NCBI GenBank assembly: GCA_009602735.1
Contig: WELA01000694.1
Span: 678,325 to 720,693 of the forward strand
DNA from: Mesotaenium endlicherianum
Taxonomy: Eukaryota
Direction of reading: 5' to 3'
Length of the DNA: 42,369 nt
Shown in pieces: positions 22,980 through 35,172 of the stretch. A model generated the notes under the pieces. It did no database searches. It worked only from the letters and a program-made list of their open reading frames with translations, and had not been told where the DNA came from. The number at the start of each line of letters is the position of its first letter. Within the stretch, counting starts at the first letter, position 1. The translations under genes were made by a program, and so were the position numbers.

Positions 22980-24600
22980 GTTTGAAATATATGTAAATCA
23001 CATCAGTAACAATGCATGGTCATAGAAGCTTTTAATATTTACCGTCCAGCACAACTTCCACAACATACAAAACTTTCTAGTTTTTTTTAATGAACTTGAG
23101 CTTAAATTGCTCACCTTTGGTATTTCCACACGCGTGCTCTTCCTAAGCAATTTTCAACAATTCGATGAAGTGTTTTGTAGCATTCTTGATACATAGTGCA
23201 ACTAATGTACTTCAATTTTTCCAAAAGTTTCCTACTCGCACGCTTGAGCATGCATTGGTTTGCCTATGTCGAGAATGCTCAGCTTTTTGCTTGCATGTGT
23301 GGTCAACAACTTTGAAAACTTTTGGTCGCAATTCCACATGAGATTTTTGTATAGGATGGACCACACAAGTTGAAATGGAGTACGCCGTTCCTATGACAAG
23401 AGCTGATCTAAATGCTTGGGACTTATCTAATAACTTTGAAACTTTTGTTTTTCTTCAAACCGTGTTAAACACAAAATAACTCAATCTACTCCCTAGCATA
23501 GGAAACCTGATATGTACGCATTTTGTCTTCTTCGCTGCCATGCCTATATGTGGGTGGAAAAGCATTGTAAGCACTGTGGACAAGAATACACGATAAGAAT
23601 GACGATAGGTTCCAACTTGCCCAAAGTGATTGCTTCCAGCATGTATGTATGTGAAGAGGACTTTGAATGGCAAAGTACATTAGTATGCACACATGCGCCA
23701 ATCCGGATTATGAGAGTACATGTGCACCGTGTAAGGTTCTACTAACCAAGAGGACAAACATGTAGTCACTATACAAAAATCCCACTTGTAAATTATTGAG
23801 CTTGCTAGGAATTTAATGAGAAGCTTTGTAAATGATACATCCATAAAATCATTCTGCAATACGACATTGTTTGCATATCATGTACATTGTTGAGTACTAC
23901 AAAATCATGAAACTTAGGTTCTAGCTTACCTTAGAACAAGATATGCATCACATACATCAAGGTCCGAGGGCCTTGATCAGTGATTTGCATCCGCCCAAGT
24001 GAAAGAATCCAATTTAATTACAAATAGAAGTACACCAACTAAAATGATGAAACAAAGGGTATTCATTCATTGAAATCAAAGACTATAATTTCGTGATATT
24101 CTTTTGCGAAAGGTTCCTTATTGTTGAACATTTAGTTCCACAATATCAAGAATCCTCTAGCATTGCATGTACATAAGCAATTGTCCTCGATGTCACTATG
24201 AGTTTGTTTTCAAAACTTGTGCATATCTGTATTGATGTTGAACACATTGATTGTGTTTTGTAGATTTTTTGACAACAATCACATTGAGCAATTGTTGGAT
24301 TTAAGAGTGTTGAATGAAGACAGTAGTTGCAACATAGAGGGCTTGACCATGAGGAGACCTACTACATTAGTTTTAATTACTGTCTTGTACAGGGCAAAAA
24401 TGGAGTACAAAATACCAATTTCTAATGTGAAGCTAGGCATCATGTTGCACTATCAAGTTAGCGTGACAAATAGTGAAGGCGATGACTTTACTTTAGAAGG
24501 TCATGAGAGCATAGGCAAGACCCCAAATTATAGAAAGAACCAATTATTCGAAACCAATTAACCAATAAAAACTTGAGCAAAAACATTATATGTACCTCCC
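22980..24600 (-). mobile_element. AT-rich, highly degraded transposase-like relic (possibly MULE/SWIM type)
   Basis: Abrupt AT-rich composition. Broken minus-strand peptides INVFNINTDMHKF*KQTHSD, YHEIIVFDF/MNEYPLF and YTVHMYSHNPDWRMC loosely recall, in the expected order, MULE motifs (D-A-T-F-G-T-N..Y-P-L-F and the pre-SWIM Y-x-V..W..C). Confidence 0.22.
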
Positions 24601-24876
24601 TAGGCCAACGCCCCTACACAACTATTCTACACAAGATTATGATAACCCTCTCCTGACCTTGTCATTACTGAAGGTAATTGCAATTAATACAGGCCCCAGC
24701 TGTATAGCCAATATTTGAGCCAGTTTATTCTATTTACTCCATGTGCAATTTCTATACCAGATCATTTACTCCAAAAGTGGCAGGATCTTATCATATCTAT
24801 TCTACGGCAGACATTCAGCGTAGCAAGAGCATGCTTTTCTGCCGACGTAAAGCCACCATCCACAGCTTTCAATCCC

Positions 24877-27800
24877 TTAACCCTTGGTATTATCAGACAA
24901 GAAAGAGGAGTCCCCCGGTGTCCAGCCGTATGTCCTCGTTAAGCGAATCTGCAGACGAAAAAGAGGTGGGTTAGCCCAAATGCGTGCTACCAATCAATCT
25001 CATCCAGACTGTAAAAGCAGCTGCCCAAATGACCCCGTGAGGTTCAAGGAAGAGAAGAAGGCAAAACTTTGTACAGAGGAGGGTATAAAAACATGCGAGC
25101 ACATTGTCGGAGTTGTGCAAGTTCCAGCAATGCAGAAGCCAGAGGTGGGGATAAAGTACTTGAGCGAAGGCAAAGATAGCGCGGATGACACGGGCATAGT
25201 CGGTGCCCACTGCTCGCACCACCATGTCCGCCAAGAAGGTGCCCCACATTCTGCACCCATTCCATTCCACTCCACCAAGCCAACGTGAACATCTCAAAAA
25301 CCATAAGCAGACGAGAACGGGCACAGACAGAGCTCTCGAGATTGTAGCCGAGCTGCCACGCTTGCATGTTACAACTCTTGCTCCACTGCAAGCTCTTTGG
25401 GAGCAAAGCTGTAGATGACGACAATGACCACTACTGCGTTACAGCTCTCCGCTTGGTAATGTCAGGCAACATCAACGCGACAAACTCGTTGGTCGTATAG
25501 AAAGCTGTGCTGAATTTGCTTATTGTAGCAGTGCAGGAGCCAAAGCTTGACGCTTGAAGCTCGACGAAATGAGGTTTTATCCACAGAAATCACAACTGAC
25601 GCACGTCCCAAAACACACAAAGTAGAGGAACCTGGAAATGAACGGTTCAAATGCAGAAAGCACCCTCTGAATTAATACATATCAGGCAACCACAGCTCAA
25701 AGCATTGCTGCTGCCATAAGCTGACGAGGGCGTGCCTGTCACGAAAGCATCAGGGTGGGAGTTCATAAAAACATCAGGGTGCAGCCAACCAAATTCAGAC
25801 CAGCAGAACCAAGCATGAGCAAGGCTGAGGTGTGATGAGGAGCAGAGGAACGAACATGGGACCGAGAAATAGCATAGCGGTGCGAAGCCCGACGTATCTG
25901 GCTGCTGCCCCTGCCAGTCCCTGCTCACACAGAAGCCCATTGGAATCAGGCGCCAGCCAAGAAGGACACGCATTACTCCCTCTCTCCAGGACAAAGAGAT
26001 TCCTAGCTGATCATGCCACAATCAATATAGGCCAACATGTCCGCCAACTATTGCATCCAATAGACATCAATGGACAACCCATCATCAGACATGCACAAAC
26101 ATACATACATCGACGTGGCCTGGGAGACAAAAGACAACACTGCACAAGTTCAGGCTTCCGGGACCAACTTCGACTTGCACAGGGTCCTGATGCCACAACA
26201 AAACATAAGAAGGAAGGCTACCATTCGAGGACAACAGCAGCAGCCAACACAAAGGTTCCTGTCTTCAGATTCTTCCCTAAGATGTAAGGATACAACTTCC
26301 GGTTCTCCTATTTCACATTTCACTGTTGCATACATGCTACATTGAAAGAAACAGAGAATCACCCAGAAGCTCTTCAAAAGACATATGAAGCTCTATTTTT
26401 CCGTACATATTCTGAGGTGATAGGGTGAGATTAGAAGACCTGCAGCTCACCTGACGAGCGGTGAGAAGAGCAAGGTGGGACTCCAGCTTCATCGTCACCA
26501 TCTCTCCCCCCTGCCGGCATGTGTCACACAGCAACTCTAATCATTCTGCCAGTGCCGACTGTACAAACACGGCGCATTCGGAAGGGAGGCACTCAGGCTA
26601 ATCTGTGCGAAATTTTTATTGGCCTGCTTGTCACTGTGCTCATACATGCAGGCACAACAAATTGTAGGCTTGCTATGCCGTCCGACATGAGCGACACTTG
26701 AGGTCAGCAAACTTGCGGAAAAAGGTTCCTCGATTCCAGGTTGAACTTAAAAACGCTGTCATTGACGTCACACGCGCGAAAATTGAAGGCGCTTGGATGG
26801 AGGGCGTAAAATCAAAGCCCTTGTTTCACTCTGGCAGACGAAGAGCATCCGGCATCCGGCATTCGACACTCTGACACACAAGGTCCCAGCAGAAAAGAGC
26901 AGTCCGCTATTCAGCCACGTGTGTTTGTTGTGTTGTGGAGAAACAGTGACTTAGGGCAGAAGGCGCAAGCTGACAAATATTCCAGAGAGGAGAGGTAGAG
27001 ACGGAGATAGGGAGAAGAGGCAGGCAACCACGAAGCCAGGAGCCATAGTACCCTTCACTACCCAGGCAGTCCTTTTCTTATGATAAGCTCCGTCAATATG
27101 TATAGCTCCCTTTCCTGTGTACACAAATACCTGTCAAGGTCAAGCGTGACCTTTCCAGTCCTCGCTCATAATCAGATGGAAGGAGACTGAGTACAAGCAG
27201 GCAGGCAGGCAACTTCGCTGAAAAGCCAGCTTCTTTTCCCTTATGTCCTGTAGACAAACTCGGTCTCCAGAGGAACTTAGCAGGCATCTGCCGAGAGATT
27301 CTCCATCCAACCTGAAGCAATGCTGCTTGCAAGCAAAGCAAGGGGCCTCCATCCCTCTCTATGGAGAAACCGATGCAAGAGAGGTGAGTGTGAAGTCAAA
27401 GGAGGTGGTTGTGGAATACTGACTTTGCGCAGGGCTTCTTTTGCCAGCTGGTAGCGAGCCTTCTCCAGCAGAAGCTTTCCCGAGACTCTGCGGAATATCT
27501 GCAGGAATAACTCATGCACGCTCTCAGTGGCCCGGCTTCAGACATTGGAGGCAAAGCACGGCGAGTAGAATCGAAACATGTGGACGTGATGGATCAGAGA
27601 GAGGCCACTTTGTTCCCCACACAAGTTTGCCCATTAACCCCAATCGGCTACCTGGCCTGGACTATGCGTTCAGGTTACGAACCGTCTAGAGAAATGAGCA
27701 AAACCGTCGAGAGGATAGGATTTGAGAACTTGGCATTTGTAATGGCTATGCTGCTGCAGCAGCGTATGAAGCCATTTTGAAGCGAAGTGGCCAGTGACAA

Positions 27801-30765
27801 GCCAGGGGTGGGTTAGATACGAGACAGCACTTATCATCACTCCCTTTTGCCCGCGCATAAAAGAATATACTGATACATATTTAGCTGCTTGCATGACACG
27901 AAGGGGTCAAGAAGCTTGACTGAGTTCCACAAGTCACTAATGCATACCCGCAGCAGGAGGGAGATAGAATGAGAAAGAGGCAGGAAGCTGACCAGCTTCT
28001 GGAGAGTGGACATCGTGATAGCGCTGGTGCCCTGCACATGTGCCGTGGCCATCACAGAAGCGCACTGTCAACTTACACTATTTACCCTGCAATAAAGCAT
28101 ACAGCTGAGCCGTCTCATGGCTGACAAACCTGCCGGGCATTTCCACTGCAGCAGATTCTCGCCTGCAGCTCAATCATTCGCAACAGACCTTCACTCAGCA
28201 TTACTCTTCCTCTCTCCACCATTGATAATCTGGTGCAACCCTCCGCATAACAATGCCAACATGTCCTCGGTTTTCATCAGAACCAAGCGATACAAGTCCC
28301 AGCCACAGAAAGGCCTAATATGAAGAGTCGTTTCAAAGAAGTGCGGGGAGGGGGAGCATCAAGGGCAATGCCCGAGGCAACGAGCTGGTCCAAGAGTGGG
28401 CACCTTCAGGAGCACAGCCAGCAGCTCATCGCCCCCCAGCTTGAGAGCCCCCAGTAGCCCCCCCCGGAGCTTTCTATTGCTATTGGGGCTGTTTACAAAG
28501 GGTGTCCGCGCGCCTGCCCGGGTGCTCGTGTTGTGGCCACTGCTGCCCGGTTGACTGCCACGAAGAAGCACACCAGAAGATCGTGCACGTCAAAAAATGA
28601 TACCCCCAATCTCCTCATATTAGGGGAAGTAAAAGATGCCAAGACACCGGAGTGGCGCCCGAGTGTAACCAGAGTGGAATTGTCAATAGTGCAGCTGGGC
28701 AACATAGGAAGTCAATCGGCAACTGTCCTTCTTTACGGTACGCTATATGCAGCCGTCAGCTGGAGGCAATCGTTAAAATCTGCACATATTATGGAAAGCT
28801 TAATCAGGAAGACCACACCTCAAAGTCCAATGTTTGCTCCGGACAACCGGGCGCGGACGGCAGGGACCTGTTTATTCCATGCTGACAGGAGCAGATGGAT
28901 AAGACATGGATGCCTGAGCACATCCAAGTAAGATACTGCAAGTGGGGAGCTTCCTTCAGTCTCAATGCCCACACAGATATCACCTGCATGATTTCCCAAA
29001 TCTAAAATCTGCAAGGGCAGGTCAATGTGTGCTGAACCTGGCCAGCATCTCTCTAACCAACTCTTGAAGTTTAATGACGTCAATCATCCTGGCTGGAAGG
29101 ACGTTGCACAACCCCCATAGCAAGCCGAGAGCAGCTTGGAGCGAGCGCACACCTGGTGTACTCCTGCAGCAGGTGCAGGAAAATCTCCGACTCAAGGTCG
29201 GCTGTGGCCAGGCCAGTGGAGCAGGGAACCTGCAGACGCTCCTTTACGCCCAACAGCACGCTCCGGTAGGTCGGCCGCTGCCTCCTGCATGCAAGGCCCT
29301 AACCTTTAGTACCGCTGCAGAAGGCTGCACCGTGCTGCTGCTTGCTACTGCTGGAGCTGATAGCACAGCTATGTGCACTACTGTGGTTCCTGTCAGTGTC
29401 GATATATCCGTGTACAATTGACTACAGTTGACCGGTACCTCATTTGAGCTTTTATGCAGCCCAAGATCTTCAAGCTATGCAAGCTGGTGCGCCAGCGAGC
29501 GCAAAATACGTTTGTTGGACATGGAGAGTGACAGGAACAGTCATCCCTATGCCACCAAAGTGTGCAGGCTGGTGACTAGGCTGGTGACTAGGCCTGACAA
29601 CCTCCATTAGTGGAAACTACATATCGTTGCATGTACATTGAGTTCTCACACAAGGAGTTGATTCCTTCACAGCCACGAAACAGCCACGAAGAACGTATTA
29701 TACTCCTCGTATGCTTGACCTCAGGTTCAAACATTGAAGGGGATGAATTTAGGCCTCTGTCTGCACCATGAAGGTCATCCCTCAAGATGGATCTCTACTC
29801 CTCTTCCATGGCTTGGAGAGTGTACCTGAGGGTAGCCCTGGCATCAGCTGCCAGAAAGAGGAACCTGGCCTCCAACCGCCGAAGCAGGACGTCTCTGCCA
29901 TACAGCTCGCCACCTTCGTCGTAAAGAACGCCTATCATTGTCTCGCCATTGCCTCCATCACCTTTTGCCAGGGACTTCAACACCGGAGAGAGGAGACTGC
30001 CGGTTTCACAAAAGGGTGCGGGACAGACATCATTTAATGTTAGGACTATGTTAAGCTTTTGTCCAAACTCTGGAGGTAGCTGCTACAAACTGTGCAACTA
30101 ATTTTCATATCAACAACTAATTTTAGCTATCTGTGCTGGAACATCAACTAGCAGCTCAGCGTGCTTAACCATGTCAATGAGCACGCCTTACATACTTAAA
30201 ACGCGACTGTGTTCTTTAGAGAAAGGTGCACACGCTGTTGCCTATTTTACTTACAAAAAAGCCTGCTCACAACATAGCCAACTCAAGGGTGACACATGCC
30301 ATTCTACAATGATGAGTCCTACCTGCGGCCATACAGAATGCTCCAAAGCTCGTGCAATTCAGCGTCACTGGCAAGCTCCAATACAGACAGCAGCTCATGG
30401 TCCTCGTCTGCCACAGATATTGATGGAAGCTACAGTCTTAACAACAGCATACGTCATAGATGCAAGAGCATCAACTACGGAGCAAATGCTGTGAAAATTT
30501 AGCAGAATGGCATCTACTTGACTGCGCATCAAGTACCAGACATAAAATGCTGTCCTGGATAGGCTGCACCCTGCTTCATGACTTGACAGAAGACAGTCCT
30601 CACCTCCATCAGCAGTTTTGCTGATCCGTTTCGCTGCATTGGCAGATGTGTATCGCAAAGGACGTGATTGGTTGTCAGAAGTACCATATCCATTCCTTCT
30701 CAGTCGTGAATGAGAGTCTTTCTGCACATGTAGCAGCCGCACGAAATACTTGATTAAGCCAATCT
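24877..30765 (-). CDS. YaaW/UPF0174-like conserved plant/cyanobacterial protein (first exon unresolved, possible ATG at 31655)
   Basis: Eleven in-phase exons (minus): 30765-30604 (5' boundary uncertain), 30407-30323, 29996-29826, 29284-29153, 28554-28404, 28031-27993, 27498-27424, 26510-26451, 25920-25856, 25250-25160, 24948-24877 (TAA). Peptides ELLSVLELASDAELHELWSILYG, LEARFLFLAADARATLR, YRSVLLGV..ATADLESEIFLHLL, LLKG, ARQGLAGAAARYVGLR..LGPIMWGTFLAD..TDYARVIRAIFAFAQIRLTR match the cyanobacterial/plant YaaW-type pattern. Confidence 0.88.
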
Positions 30766-32024
30766 CTGTAACAGCTTCAGTGGTATCAAGTCCGATATGT
30801 CCATCATATCAGGCATATATTTGTCTGTATCGCTTTTCTTTTATGCGAGCGAGTTGGGTTTGCCAACACAGACCTGGCGAAGAGAACAGGGTAGGCGGGA
30901 AATTCTTAAAGTTACTCTAGAAGTACAATGGACCTGCTGACTATGAAGTGATAGCAACGGCAGGAGGTGTTCATGAAGAGAAAGAATGTGGGTTGCCATA
31001 AGCCCTGTATTACTTATTGCACCCCTCTAATTTAGTCAACCCAACATCTCGTTTTATTCGCAAGTGCAATTCCTCAACCGATCAGGTCTTGCCCTATGCC
31101 TCTGTTCGAGGCTAGAGTTCCAAAAGAACCAACAGGTTCGTAATTAGGCTGGCTAACGGCGATTCGTTTTGGAACTTGGAGAGCTCTCAACCAGCATGGA
31201 TTACGAGAAGTGTTCAACAAAATTTAGTATATCCTAGGAATGCCTGCAGCAAACGAAGGTGCAAATGCTTAAAACGACTGAAGTGACTGCAAGTGTTGGG
31301 ACGCCGAAGGCGGGCGCCGGTTGGCCATTCGCAAGCTTGCATGTCGGTGTAGCGCGATTCCTGAATGTTTGGATAAATTCAGATATGAATGAAAGCAAAT
31401 AAGAGCGCCTGGCATTAATCCGGGAGTAACTGGGAGTAACGTATCTCTCTGTTCTCTTATTAGACGCCGTAAGGCACATCGAGGTCCCTGAAGATGGAAC
31501 AAGAGCCACTTGGCTTCACTGTGATGTGCTACGAATCCATGCTCTATCGAACATGTTAAGGTCGCGGAAAAATTGAACGAATTACACCAGATCATATCTG
31601 TACAGGTAAAAGAACTTGGTGTAGACAGCTTGGCCACTACCAACTGAGCCTGCATGTCGCCAGTGCTGGTGATCACGCTGCCGATTTGAGTATTACGCTC
31701 GAACTCGATTTACACCGAGGGATCAGAGTTATGGTCAAGTCCCTTATTCTTAGTTCAACGTGCCTGTCTTGCACTTCGTAGGGAAGAGCTATAGGTTACT
31801 TGGGATGCTGCTTTCTGGTGAGAGGGTTCTCAAAAGTAGATGCAGGATTTGAGCGTCTTGAGTCTCTGCCTTGTCCTACATTTGTAGACGAGCATTTATC
31901 AGCGTACTATTTGCACATGTAAGTATCACCGACTTGAGCTATCAGCCCTTAAGTGGTTACAAGTCTCGATTAAATTACTAGTGCAGTAAAAAAACCTATC
32001 CACTATCAGCAGCTGAAGCTCTGG

Positions 32025-32318
32025 ATGGCAATATCAGGGGGGATCGAGATGCAGAGGTTGCTGAATGCTCAGTGTCAACATAAGCTTGCGGCCCTTGAAA
32101 AGTGCCAGCGCAGATATCCCAGAGAGCCAGAGCGAAGCTTGTTATGTGGCTATTTGAATAAGCAGGCTGGCCTTTGCTTGTTGGAGATGGTCTGTCCCGA
32201 GGAGGTAGAGAATATGCGAAGCAGTTGCTTAAGCAGAGGCACCAACACTAAGATCAAAAACTGTGTCAAAGCAGAAGAGGCCTTTGAGGATTGCATCAGG
32301 AGGCACCAAGAGCATTGA
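32025..32318 (+). CDS. Small Cys-rich twin-CX9C (CHCH-like) protein, 97 aa, single coding exon
   Basis: ATG..TGA ORF with CQHKLAALEKC (CX9C), CGYLNKQAGLC (CX9C), CPEEVENMRSSC (CX10C) and CVKAEEAFEDC (CX9C). It resembles a small conserved plant family with a CPEE..V/MRS.C...GT..K...C..A......C...HQ pattern. Confidence 0.75.
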   Translation: MAISGGIEMQRLLNAQCQHKLAALEKCQRRYPREPERSLLCGYLNKQAGLCLLEMVCPEEVENMRSSCLSRGTNTKIKNCVKAEEAFEDCIRRHQEH

Positions 32319-33366
32319 ACTGCAATAGTGTGAGAGATGCCTGTGGCTTCTAAGTTCTAATAAATGCTGGAGGAACTTGCCGAAGGTGCTTGATTCTAAC
32401 AAGTACATTCTGTGCCGCTTGAGGTGATTATCTGATTGCCTTCTACACAGCATACCTGGCCCATATCCTGCCCACTTAAGAAACAACGCTCTTGTTTTAA
32501 ACTACTTGTTGTCACAAATCACTTTGTGAGGTGATTTTTAAATGGGTAGTGATTGTGTTGGATCGTTTTCCTTGAACGAGGATGCAAAGTAAGCAAATAG
32601 CAATCCAATATACATGACACTCATATTTTTCTCTTCCTGTGTGATGTCAGATGATGGAGTGGGAATAGTCTTAGTATTCCTATGACTGTTCCTTTGAAGC
32701 GGATTGTTGCTTATGCGGGCATTGGGTTGCTCAAGGTATGTTTCTTATGTAATGCCTAACGTAGTGTAAGGTGGAGTCTAATATGTACTATTCGATAGCG
32801 AGTGGTTATTGCTTATTCGTAGAGGATCAAGAATTAAGATCAATTCCCACTTATCTTCAAGTGCGGAAGTTGCAGTTTGTGTACCACCTGTATGGAGGAG
32901 CTCGTTTTGTAGGATACTGACTTGCACATGTGCTGTTTTATTGTTCCTGCATTTGTTGTTGATTATGTCAAGTATGTACCTTTCCGGTCTATTGGGTCAT
33001 CTCAGAGAGTGCTTGTCTGCCTTATTTCAACAAGCCTTGCATATGTGTGCTTGTGTTCTAGAGATAGGGATGTCTCAACAGTGCACAAAATTATGAAAAG
33101 CTAAATGTCAAGGAACAGTGTTAATCAAGTTGCTACTGGAATGGGCTGATTCATTCCTAAGTCCATTTTACCCCCAGGGACATTGCCATGCTTGGACTAA
33201 GGCTGCTTCAGAGCCATGTCGCGAGTGCTATCCAGAAGGCTCACACGGAATGTATGCTTGCCCTCATTGTACTTGTCTGCCAATTCACCTGCTTCAGTTT
33301 TCATTAATTGTCATCTTGCAGCAAGGACTACGCCCCTCTTGGTCAAGTTGGCAAGTTCACGAGATA

Positions 33367-34579
33367 CATGTAAATATTGGGTTTGACAATTTGTGTTCAA
33401 ATTGCCTGATTTCGAAAGAAAGAAGGTGATATTAGGAGAATAGTAGGAGTAGTAGTATGCAACAAATTGCGCGTCATCTGTTCTCGTCTAGTCCTTTTCT
33501 ATATGCTGCTACGCTTATCTGTACTTGACTAATCGATAACAATACAAAGAGGTCAAAACAACTATATTCCAACTCCTAACCAACACTATGGATTGGCAGC
33601 TGCATTCTTGCTCTGTTGAGGTTGTTCGTCGAATCGCCGCCGTTGGTTACTACTAATCGACAAAAACATATTGTAACACTAACAAACAACAAACACCCTA
33701 TCGTGCATGGCGAAGACTATTGCTGGCACCAACTTTGTTGCCCGCCTCGTGCCTCTCCCAGTGGATTGAAGGGTTAGAGGGGTGGGTGGGTGGGTATGTG
33801 TAGCAACTACCTTCCTGCTGCAATGAGGCTTCTTTGCAACGAGAAGCCTTATGAGGGTTTCGTTTGTCGATGAGACACAACACGTGTGAAATCGATCAAA
33901 TTTAAACACTTTGTCAAACTTTGGTTTGCGACATTTCATGTCGCAAACCTTCAATTTAAAAATTTGTGTTCAAATTGCCTGATTTCGAAAGAAAGAAGGT
34001 GATATTAGAAAGAATAGTAGGAGTAGTAGTATGCAACAAATTGCGCGTCATCTGTTCTTGTCTAGTCCTTTTCTACATGCTGCTACGCTTATCTGTACTT
34101 GACTAATCGATAACAATACAAAGAGGTCAAAACAACTATATTCCAACTCCTAACCAACACTATGGATTGGCAGCTGCATTCTTGCTCTGTTGAGGTTGTT
34201 CGTCGAATCGCCGCCGTTGGTTACTACTAATCGACAAAAACATATTGTAACACTAACAAACAACAAACACCCTATCGTGCATGGCGAAGACTATTGCTGG
34301 CACCAACTTTGTTGCCCGCCTCGTGCCTCTCCCAGTGGATTGAAGGGTTAGAGGGGTGGGTGGGTGGGTATGTGTAGCAACTACCTTCCTGCTGCAATGA
34401 GGCTTCTTTGCAACGAGAAGCCTCATGAGGGTTTCGTTTGTCGATGAGACACAACACATGTGAAATCGATCAAATTTAAACACTTTGTCAAACTGTGGTT
34501 TGCGACATTTCATGTCGCAAACCTTCAAATTAAATCACTTCGTTTTTGGCTACTCATATTTCAAACCGCGACATCCATG
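33367..34579. mobile_element. Candidate non-autonomous DNA element (MITE-like or Helentron-like) containing the duplication
   Basis: Left TA|CATGtaaatattgGGTTTGA and right TCAAACCgcgacatcCATG|TA form imperfect inverted termini flanked by TA. Each unit ends with a perfect 12-bp-stem hairpin. Confidence 0.35.
33388..34534. repeat. Head-to-tail tandem duplication, two copies of about 574 bp (33388-33960, 33961-34534)
   Basis: Copies are nearly identical (I counted about 7-8 differences including one indel). The ORF track shows twin ORFs offset by 574 nt (33679/34253). Confidence 0.95.
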
Positions 34580-35172
34580 TAGCTGCAACCACCCAGGCTG
34601 CAGCCGCACACATTAAGGGGCACAGGGCTCAAGCAGAGCAACTACGTGGTGGCTCTGGTATCTTTTTCCAATCTAGGGGCCAGCTAAACAATAAGTCAAT
34701 ACTTAGCTGTCAGGACATGGGAGCAACAGGCATTCATTTCCATTGTGCATAAGATCTCTTAGCAGCAATTGAGGCCTTCTGAACGGAATTGACAAGTCAC
34801 ACCAAAAAGTATGCATTTGCACGTGGCAAGTAACAGTGCAAAATGCTCACAGCTACAACCACTAACACATTCTGAGAGCATGGAGAACAGACAGGACACG
34901 ATCACACTTGCCCATGGGTTCTTCCATCGCATAATAACCCTTCATGAAAATTAAATGTCAAAAGGTAGATGGATGTTTAGTTGAAGCCAAAAGTGCAGTT
35001 AGCCAAGAACTTCATCTGTGCTCTCGACCATTCTTCTTTGTGCTTCGCTCCAGACATCTCGCTGGGGAGCATCCGGCACACAGGTGTATCTATACCTTAT
35101 CCGTACTCGTGTCGTTTCTTGTCTATAATACCAGCAAGAAGAAGGGGACGAAGACATGACAAGCAAGCTGCA

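Noticed and set aside
33867..33891. Hammerhead-like string tcgatgag-acac..gtgt-gaaa in the duplicated unit
   Set aside because: The core reads UCGAUGA rather than CUGAUGA, the C pairing with G10.1 is missing, stems I and III are not evident, and copy 2 breaks stem II.
33679..34528. Twin 91-aa minus-strand ORFs
   Set aside because: They start without ATG, have no recognisable motifs and simply reflect the duplication.
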